Positions 56,171 to 63,022 of a DNA stretch of 63,022 nt are shown piece by piece; positions within the stretch are counted from its first letter, which is position 1, and each line of letters opens with the position of its first letter. The position numbers and the translations under genes are program-made. The notes under the pieces were generated by a model. It was given only the letters and a program-made list of their open reading frames with translations, was not told the origin of the DNA and did no database searches. This DNA is from an uncultured Candidatus Bathyarchaeia archaeon (GTDB taxonomy: Archaea; Thermoproteota; CALKCG01; B24): contig CAZMSC010000007.1 in assembly GCA_964568845.1 (NCBI GenBank), positions 1 to 63,022 on the forward strand, read 5' to 3'.

Positions 56171-56923
56171 TCAGCTTTCTAAGAACTCTAGAAGCTTATC
56201 TGCGAAACTATTGTCGAGCTTTTCGTATTTCTCTGTTGAGCCTATGTCGTACCATGAGGCGTTGGTTTCATACGCGTATACAACTCCTCTAGCCGTTAAT
56301 TCGGGAATTAAATGGCCCATTAAGTCGTACTCCTCATTGACGTATTTTTTGGAGACTTCAGCCATAATGTTGAAAACCTCCCGTCTGATCATTAGGATTC
56401 CGATGCAGACTGGCACGTTGATTAGCGGCTTCTCCTCAAATTTGATTATTCTCGACCCCTCTATGTAGGCTACTCCCACAGGGATTCTATACCCTCTTGA
56501 AACGGCTATTGTAGCTGTGGACTTTAAATTTTCATGGTAGTTTACGAAGTCTCTAATGTTAATATCTGTCAGTATATCTCCATAGTACACTAGGGTGTTT
56601 TCAAATTTGCTGAAATAGCCCTGTTCGTAGGCATTCAGCATCGCCCAGCCAGTTCCTCTAAACCCCTTTCTATCGAGGACGTAGTTTATCTTCACATTGA
56701 ACCTATCTCCATTACCAAAATAGTTTACGATCTGCTGATACTTGTAGCCGCATAGGAGGTTTACGTTTTCAACACCACTCTTCTTCAGCAACAGAATTAT
56801 GTATTCAAGGAGAGGCTTCTGTTTAGAGCCTACAGGTATCATGGCTTTCTGGAAGTAGTACGTTAAGGGTCTAAGCCTGCTACCAATACCGCCACACAGT
56901 ATGGCGGCGCAAACTCCATCCAT
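56171..56923 (-). CDS. Sugar-phosphate nucleotidyltransferase
   Basis: AAILCGGIGSRLRPLT is the N-terminal motif, and the length matches a GlmU/RmlA-like N-terminal domain. Confidence 0.7.
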   Translation of the reverse strand: MDGVCAAILCGGIGSRLRPLTYYFQKAMIPVGSKQKPLLEYIILLLKKSGVENVNLLCGYKYQQIVNYFGNGDRFNVKINYVLDRKGFRGTGWAMLNAYEQGYFSKFENTLVYYGDILTDINIRDFVNYHENLKSTATIAVSRGYRIPVGVAYIEGSRIIKFEEKPLINVPVCIGILMIRREVFNIMAEVSKKYVNEEYDLMGHLIPELTARGVVYAYETNASWYDIGSTEKYEKLDNSFADKLLEFLES

Positions 56924-56932
56924 ATATATCTA

Positions 56933-59551
56933 TTAGGTTTTCTCACCATAGGGCCTTATATGTTTTAACATTCCGGTGAAGCGCTTTCCTAATAGAGAAA
57001 TTGTGATAAAGCCTGAAATCGCAAAGACCATGGAGACTGCTCTAAGCATCTCCATTAAAAGTTGAGGTCTATATACTATAGTTATTGTAAGCGGCTTCTC
57101 TTCTCCGTTTTCAATATACCATCCATTGAAGAAGCCGTTGACCTTCACATGTTTTACGTCCCGTTGCTCTGTTCCGGTTAAAATATCTACTGGGTTGGGG
57201 TCTCTGATGTATAATCTCCATCCCGGATCAAACCACTCATTCAAGGCTATTAGAATCCTATCTTGGAAATGGTCAACCGTCACCTTGTAGTATGTAGGGT
57301 TTTCCTCTATATAGTCCAGTTTAGTATGGGAGACTTGCGTCACAGCGTCTTCTACATAAGCCTTGCTCTTAGGGTCGAATTCATCCTTTAAGAGGTTTTC
57401 AAAGATATCTCCCTCATATCTTAAAGCCTCTTTTACCAAGTAGATCTTCGACGTTTTAAATTCGTCTCTAAGCCTGTATACTGTGAATTGCTGATCGAAC
57501 TTTACGAATAATTCTAAAGGCGTAACTTCCGCCTCAACTCCTTTATCTAGGAAAATGCCGCCAACCTCCGCCTCTACTATTCCACCCGGCGGAGCATGCA
57601 TCGAGAAAACGATTGCAGCCACCCTCGACCTATCTAAACCAACGTCTAAGGTTGCGTCACTCAAACGTACTACTGCGAGGTTCCAACTCTGCTCCCTTAA
57701 ATCAAGCCTCCATGTAGCCCATCTGCCGAAAACGTCTTGGACCTGAATATCCGCTGTGTTTGAACCATTTACTTTAATCCAGAATTCCAAGTAGTTGTAT
57801 TCTAGCCAGTTCGATACTGCTGGGAGAGTATATGCAAAGCTGAATGTTCCATTAAAAGCTGGCTGTTCACTCGTCCATGACTCTCCGCATGCATATAAAT
57901 GGATTTCAGATCGAGCCTCCTCTACTTCTACATACCTGGCCTCAGCCTCATAATGTCTCTCCGGGTTGAAGTTTACGACCTGGATGAATCCTAAATCCCT
58001 CATAATTGGTTCAACGTCTTCAGACGATACGTTAACGACACCGTTCGCCAAGTTTGGGCTTACTATGAAGCTGTAGTTAAGCTTCGCCTCTATAAGACGT
58101 GGATTTACGGTTTGTACTCTGTCTTGGTCGATATCGTAATGGAGCACCACGAATCCGACGTCTAAGGCAGATAAGACCTTCCAGAACTCTGTTTTGCCAG
58201 TTAGATCGTTTAAGACTTTGAAATCGTAACCGTAGATTATTGGATTATTTAAGATTAAGTTTTCAACAGGCTTTTCATACCTTCTAGTACTCCAACTATA
58301 GTAGAATTCTCCACTTGTAATAGGCATGGTTAATACCCTGCAGTCTTCAAGTTGAAGGAGTTGGCTTAACTCCTCATATTGCTCTGGTACGTTTAAGCTA
58401 CTGGTCCATGAGAGTGGAGTTGTTAAGCCTTGATATATAACCATGCCCGAAACAAGTAAGAAGATAAAGGGTTTTACTAGATCGTACTCTCTAGCACAGT
58501 CTTCATCTATGACGAGCGATACGGATATGTAATCGCTAACCCTTTCAGAGAACCTTTTAGCTCCTAAAGCCACTAGTAGAGATATACATGTCGAAGTTAT
58601 GGCTAAGACGTCTGACGTTGCGTTTGATGTGACGATGGTCTGCGGGTCCATTAAAACTACCACCAGCGCTACAACTGCTAACGCCTGAACCAGGCTCAGC
58701 TTACCCGCCTCAAATAGCAGTAGAAACGTTGAAGCCGCTATGGGGAAGACCGTTAAACATAGGGGGCTGAAGCCTTCGACGTTTAAGCCTGGAGGTGTAG
58801 CTATCCACCAGGCATTCATGATAAGCCATGAAAACCCGGCTAACGTTAGAAACATAACCATCCACTTCAACCCTAAGGTTTTCCCGCGGGTTCTAACGAT
58901 AAAGTACGCCAGAACTGTCAGCGTTAAAGCTGTTAGATTGCCGAGTTTAATTAAAGCGCCTGAGAGTAGTGTGGATGCTAGAGCCGTGTAGAATCCGTAA
59001 GATATACTCCCCCTTTTATACGCCTCATCCACCGTTAAGAGGGCTAGGGGTGTTAAGACGTATAGAGCTGAAGCCTCTAAACCATGCCATAAACCTCTCA
59101 AAGCCACAGCAGACCCCAGGTATATGAGCATAGCTGTTAAACCGGCTAAACGGCTTCCGGAAAACCTCTTAGCCAGTATGTAAATAGGGCATCCGCCTAA
59201 AACCCATAGGGTTAGTAGAAGCGTAAAGCCAATCGCGTTTAGATCTGCCCCTAGGAGCCTCATGAAAGCTGGAAGCACGTATATCGTCGCAAAGGCTAAT
59301 CTGTCATTCGGCTTGCCAAGCTCATCTGAAATCCAGCCATACTTTAACACTTCAAAGTCGCGTTTTAAGACCTGGTGTAAATCCGTCAGCAGACCGTAGG
59401 GTAAACCACCCAAGAAAGTAGTATAAGCATATGTCAAAAACGCTACTACAAACACTATAGCTAAAGCCTCTAAAGCTCTCTCACTCTTCGGAGACAATGT
59501 TAAATTAATAGTCTGGAAGGCTTCAGATAAAAGTTTACTATGCTCTTCCAA
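56933..59551 (-). CDS. Large integral membrane protein with a C-terminal extracytoplasmic domain, a candidate GT-C-type glycosyltransferase
   Basis: The 872-aa protein has about 11-13 TM helices in its N-terminal ~350 aa, then a soluble beta-rich region and one C-terminal TM. It lies immediately downstream of an NDP-sugar-forming enzyme gene. No WWDYG-type motif was seen. Confidence 0.45.
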   Translation of the reverse strand: MEEHSKLLSEAFQTINLTLSPKSERALEALAIVFVVAFLTYAYTTFLGGLPYGLLTDLHQVLKRDFEVLKYGWISDELGKPNDRLAFATIYVLPAFMRLLGADLNAIGFTLLLTLWVLGGCPIYILAKRFSGSRLAGLTAMLIYLGSAVALRGLWHGLEASALYVLTPLALLTVDEAYKRGSISYGFYTALASTLLSGALIKLGNLTALTLTVLAYFIVRTRGKTLGLKWMVMFLTLAGFSWLIMNAWWIATPPGLNVEGFSPLCLTVFPIAASTFLLLFEAGKLSLVQALAVVALVVVLMDPQTIVTSNATSDVLAITSTCISLLVALGAKRFSERVSDYISVSLVIDEDCAREYDLVKPFIFLLVSGMVIYQGLTTPLSWTSSLNVPEQYEELSQLLQLEDCRVLTMPITSGEFYYSWSTRRYEKPVENLILNNPIIYGYDFKVLNDLTGKTEFWKVLSALDVGFVVLHYDIDQDRVQTVNPRLIEAKLNYSFIVSPNLANGVVNVSSEDVEPIMRDLGFIQVVNFNPERHYEAEARYVEVEEARSEIHLYACGESWTSEQPAFNGTFSFAYTLPAVSNWLEYNYLEFWIKVNGSNTADIQVQDVFGRWATWRLDLREQSWNLAVVRLSDATLDVGLDRSRVAAIVFSMHAPPGGIVEAEVGGIFLDKGVEAEVTPLELFVKFDQQFTVYRLRDEFKTSKIYLVKEALRYEGDIFENLLKDEFDPKSKAYVEDAVTQVSHTKLDYIEENPTYYKVTVDHFQDRILIALNEWFDPGWRLYIRDPNPVDILTGTEQRDVKHVKVNGFFNGWYIENGEEKPLTITIVYRPQLLMEMLRAVSMVFAISGFITISLLGKRFTGMLKHIRPYGEKT

Positions 59552-59738
59552 GCCTTAGAAGGCGGCTTGAAGCCTTAAAGGTTGAAAATCAGCAACCCCT
59601 CAGCTTCAGCCGACCAAGCTAGAATACCACACTCCATCAAAGTACTCATCAGACCACCTCAAAGAAACCCGCGTCATTTATGAATGGGAGGAATTGAGGT
59701 CTAAAGTTTAAACATTCGAATTTGCATATATGCTTTTG

Positions 59739-60617
59739 ATGAAGCTCTCTAAAACCGTAGTCTGCAAACTTCAACCGTCTGAAGAGGATGCAAAAACTTC
59801 CCGCCGCTCTTGAGGCTTTTCGCGATACCTGCAACTATATATCTAAGATAGCGTTTAAACGTAGAACCTTCAACCCCGTTGCTCTCCACCACATGGTCTA
59901 CCGTGAAACAGAGAGAAGTTCAAGCTTCCAGCAAACCTTGCCATAAGAGCTAGAGACAGGGTTGCTAAAGCTTACAAGCAAAGAAGAGACTGGCTTCTTA
60001 AGTTCACGAAGCTTTCGATGGATTTGGATGAGAGGCTTTTCAGCCCATGTGATGATCACCCGTATTTCCGCAGCGGAAATATTTTCTCCGCAGATTTCAG
60101 CAGCGGAAATCTCAACGCTTCTCCCTCCCCCAAGATTTTCCAAACCTCACCTCTAACAACTTCTTCAATAAACTTCCTCACATCATCCGCCATCTACAAG
60201 CCTAACGGAATCTACACTTCCACATCCACGCTTCAGAAGAGAGTTAAACCTGTGCTTGATACAGGCGACTACCAGAGAAAGCTTCCTGAAGATGCCAAGC
60301 CAACACATGCCGTCTTGGTTTACAGAAATAGAACCTTCTACCTCCACATCGCCATTGAAAGACAGGTTCCAAAGCCCAAAGGAAACAACCCTGCTGGCGT
60401 GGACACTGGAATGAGAAACCTTCTCGTAGCCTCTAACTACTTCAAGATTAAAGTCGGAGTTCTATCCGTAGCAGAATTAAACATAATAGAAGCCTGAATG
60501 GAGACTTCAGATGAGCCGTTATGATTCACCTGCAAGTCCACAGGCTTCAGCCGTGATTTCAACTGTAGTGACTCCAGACATAAAGGTCTCCACAACGTAA
60601 AGAGATCATTATATTAA
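59739..60617 (+). pseudogene. tnpB: IS200/IS605-family tnpB (OrfB) remnant, frameshifted and internally deleted
   Basis: The pieces read across three frames. They are MKLSKTVVCKLQPSEEDAKT, LPAALEAFRDTCNYISKIAFKRRTFNPVALHHMVYRE, and KFKLPANLAIRARDRVAKAYKQRRDW...HAVLVYRNRTFYLHIAIERQVPKPKGNNPAGVDTGMRNLLVASN (RuvC-I). After a gap comes FTCKSTGFSRDFNCSDSRHKGLHNV, a decayed zinc-finger/RuvC-III tail. The central RuvC-II region is missing. Confidence 0.7.
60064..60111. repeat. Two adjacent hairpin-forming palindromes inside the tnpB remnant
   Basis: The first, atttccgc-a-gcggaaat (60064-60080), has perfect 8-bp arms. The second, tccgcagatttcagcagcggaaatc (60087-60111), carries gatttc/gaaatc and tccgc/gcgga arms. 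Both share the ccgcag..gcggaaat core. Confidence 0.6.
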
Positions 60618-60682
60618 TCAGCTAGAACTAGAATATATTCAATTTGAAGGTGGTGAGTGATCGTGCGAGGTCGACCTGCCGT

Positions 60683-60817
60683 ATGAAGAAGACAGTAATA
60701 GCCGTCTCAACCAACAACATCAAGAAGCCCTTCTCCAACCGGCTTCTAGACATACACTCCCTAGGCTTCCGACACCTCGCCGTCGAATTCTTCAAGGTTC
60801 TAGACGAATGCGGCTGA
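60683..60817 (+). CDS. Small hypothetical ORF (44 aa), not in the ORF track
   Basis: The ATG-initiated ORF MKKTVIAVSTNNIKKPFSNRLLDIHSLGFRHLAVEFFKVLDECG overlaps the start of the next ORF by 10 nt (ATGCGGCTGA). Coding status is uncertain. Confidence 0.3.
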   Translation: MKKTVIAVSTNNIKKPFSNRLLDIHSLGFRHLAVEFFKVLDECG

Positions 60818-61134
60818 GTGGTACTATGGATGAGGAGAGTAAGACCATAAAAGCGTACATTTCGATCCTAAGGGAAAATCTAGCAGGTCTCGTAGAGAGG
60901 TATAATAAGGCTAGGGCTGAGTTGAAGAAGCTAGAAGAAGAGTTGAAAGAGCATAAAGCCCTCATAGATTGGATGGATAAATCCATTAAGATGTTTGAGA
61001 AGGCGAAAAGCATAGATGAGTTGAACAAGATGATAGATAAGTCTCTAAAAAAGCTTGAGAAAAAGCATCCGCGAGTTGCGGAGAAGTTTAAACAGATAAA
61101 ACCCTCCATTGGGAAAGACACCATGGTCGTATAG
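60808..61134 (+). CDS. Coiled-coil hypothetical protein
   Basis: The 108-aa protein has a heptad-like charged pattern (..LVERYNKARAELKKLEEELKEHKALIDWMDKSIKMFEKAKSIDELNKMIDKSLKKLEKK..). Confidence 0.4.
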   Translation: MRLSGTMDEESKTIKAYISILRENLAGLVERYNKARAELKKLEEELKEHKALIDWMDKSIKMFEKAKSIDELNKMIDKSLKKLEKKHPRVAEKFKQIKPSIGKDTMVV

Positions 61135-61503
61135 ATCAGCATCCTCTAAGACTGAAGTCGGGAGATTTTGCTTCTAGGGTTTTTCACCAGTTTGTTGTTC
61201 ATCGCCCTTTTAATCTCCCACCATCCCATTCCACCTCAGAAGCAGGAGGATACTTCAAAGGATAGAGATAGCTAAGTGATGGCACGTCCATCGCAGATAG
61301 CCGCCGAACGGTGAAGAGATGAACTACCTTTATACTTGCTAATCGGGAAACACTTTAAAATCATTTTTCTCTACAATATGTCTACAGTTTATTTAAAAGT
61401 CAATGACGGAGAATTTAGATCGGATAGATTTTCATGGAGATCTTCCCTCATAAGCAGTCTTCATGAGCCTCCCTACTCTCGGGCGGAATCGTGTTAATAA
61501 ACG

Positions 61504-61517
61504 TATACAATTGTATA
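61504..61517. promoter_or_regulatory. Perfect 14-bp palindrome upstream of the surface-protein gene
   Basis: The sequence tatacaa|ttgtata lies about 125 nt upstream of the ATG at 61642 and is followed by A/T-rich TATA-like tracts. Confidence 0.3.
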
Positions 61518-61641
61518 TTTTGATATTTTCTTTTAAAAAGACTTAGCCTCAAGTATAAAGTTTCGTCTACAAGATTATAGGTTAATCTTATAAGCAGTTT
61601 AAGAGTGATATTTCTCCGTCGAAAGTTTCGGTGGATCCGTC

Positions 61642-63022
61642 ATGTCTACCAAGAAGTTTAGTCTAGTCCTTATAGCCCTATTAGCCCTAGCACCGCTGTT
61701 AATAGCAATACCGACGACGCCGGCGTTGGCCGCCGTCAAGGAGCCTACCGTATCCATAGACTACCCCTACATGGTTGTTGGAGACGTTAGAGGTGATAGA
61801 ACGATAACGATTGATAACCCGCTTGGCAACCCAGACATCAAGGAGATTAGAATATATGTGCCAGCCGCTGCGGCTGAAGATGTAGACTATGTAAGTTGCT
61901 CAGGCTTCGTATCTGGTACTGGCTTCGTTGTAATAGGCGCTGGCCCATGGACAATAGTAAGTAGCTTACCAGACGGCTTCGATTATATTCTCCCAGGTGG
62001 TATGACAGGTAAAATAAAGGTTAACATAGACCCTGAGGATGCTGAAGCCACTGAAGGCGTTGTAGACAAGTATGAGCTGACCGTTACGATCAAGTTTGTA
62101 GACGGCACAACTGTGACTAAGAAGCTATATCTCTACGAGGGTTTAGCCGACGCGATAGTGTTAACGCTCGATTATACTGCTCCTGTAAAGGCTGGCGACA
62201 AAGTCACGATAAAGGTTTCAACGTACTCAGAGGGCTACGAGAAGGCTGATAAAGGCCTACCCCTAGTCATCTGGGCTGTAAACCCAGACGGTGATAATGT
62301 TAAAATAGCCGACGTCGTCACCGATGCAAACGGTAAGGCTTCAGCCACCTACACACCCACTAAAGCTGGCAGTTGGACGTTTAAAGCAGACGCCGTTATA
62401 GACGCTCCATCTGTTGGAGCACAGCTGACGCCTGGTGCAGCATCTTTAACCGTTAAGCCTGCAGCTCCTACAAAGGTAGTCGTTAAAACCCCGTTCGATG
62501 AAGAAGGGTACACCATATCATACCTCACTGAAGACTCATTCGAGATAACCGTTTCCGTTACAGATAAATATGATAACCCTGTTGAAATGGAGGTGACTTC
62601 TACTGTAACATTGACGGCTACTAAGGGTACGCTTGTAAGCACCACCACTACAATACCCGCAGGCTCTGATGAATCATTACCCGTAGTATACGAGCCCGAT
62701 CCACTATACGGTACTTACGCGATGATATCCGCCAAGGTCTCAGTCCCTAGTGGGACGTATGCTGGAACCTACAGCGGCACTTCCAAATCCCTTAGAACTT
62801 CGACGTTCGCAACAGAAGCCACAACAACGATCACCGTTGACGATACTACTATTGAAGCTGGGAGATATGCGAAGATAACTGTAACGTTGAGCCCTGCTCA
62901 GAAGGGTGTTCCAGTTAAGTTTGAGTTTACAGCTGAAGACTATACAGGTAGATTTTCACCAGTCTCTACGACGACAGATGAAGATGGCAAGGCAACGACC
63001 AAGTTCTACGTAGATACAGAGG
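61642..63022 (+). CDS. Secreted surface (S-layer-like) protein with repeated Ig-like beta domains; 3' end is outside the window
   Basis: This is not in the ORF track because it runs off the window. My own translation found no stop from the ATG at 61642 to 63022. It has a Sec-type signal peptide, MSTKKFSLVLIALLALAPLLIAIPTTPALA|AV. It is Thr/Val-rich with recurring ..TDANGKASATYTPTKAGSWTF.. and ..TTDEDGKATTKFYVD.. motifs, which are typical of Big/invasin-like repeats. Confidence 0.6.
   Translation, partial: MSTKKFSLVLIALLALAPLLIAIPTTPALAAVKEPTVSIDYPYMVVGDVRGDRTITIDNPLGNPDIKEIRIYVPAAAAEDVDYVSCSGFVSGTGFVVIGAGPWTIVSSLPDGFDYILPGGMTGKIKVNIDPEDAEATEGVVDKYELTVTIKFVDGTTVTKKLYLYEGLADAIVLTLDYTAPVKAGDKVTIKVSTYSEGYEKADKGLPLVIWAVNPDGDNVKIADVVTDANGKASATYTPTKAGSWTFKADAVIDAPSVGAQLTPGAASLTVKPAAPTKVVVKTPFDEEGYTISYLTEDSFEITVSVTDKYDNPVEMEVTSTVTLTATKGTLVSTTTTIPAGSDESLPVVYEPDPLYGTYAMISAKVSVPSGTYAGTYSGTSKSLRTSTFATEATTTITVDDTTIEAGRYAKITVTLSPAQKGVPVKFEFTAEDYTGRFSPVSTTTDEDGKATTKFYVDTE

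Noticed and set aside
60049-60055. I considered C/D-box sRNA candidates: GUGAUGA at 60049 and UUGAUGA...CUGA at 59736-59781.
   Set aside because: There is no matching D/D'/C' box arrangement or terminal stem. Both lie inside the tnpB remnant and are explained by its sequence and palindromes.
1-63022. I looked for a CRISPR array, cas genes and rRNA genes.
   Set aside because: There is no run of regularly spaced direct repeats anywhere, no Cas-like ORFs, and no rRNA-like conserved blocks.

Overview
This is an archaeal chromosomal segment, visibly mid-40s % G+C by eye. Its gene content looks TACK/Thermoproteota-like. Most of the window is conserved housekeeping. It contains the L7Ae-S28e-L24e-adkA cluster and a LysW-type amino-group-carrier arginine/lysine cluster with argG. 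It also contains the rpoH-rpoB-rpoA-L30e-nusA-S12-S7 operon followed by EF-1alpha. Other core genes are family-B DNA polymerase, NucS, IleRS, ValRS, FBP aldolase/phosphatase, one tRNA-Arg(UCG), and sugar/glycoside-hydrolase and glycosylation genes. rpoB is unsplit, and rpoA is one continuous 1276-codon ORF, an A'+A'' fusion. The most unusual locus is 52.3-55.5 kb. It holds a ~270-nt GC-rich RNA candidate of four tetraloop-capped hairpins closed by a terminal helix, sitting in a very A/T-rich spacer. I could not match this RNA by eye to RNase P or SRP signatures. Next to it are a small winged-helix gene and two tightly coupled paralogous Pol-beta-fold nucleotidyltransferase genes with OB-like C-termini. 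Mobile-element traces are limited to one decayed IS200/IS605-type tnpB remnant at 59.7-60.6 kb and a few tiny gene fragments. I saw no CRISPR array and no rRNA. All functional calls rest on motif recognition in the supplied translations. No database search was possible.
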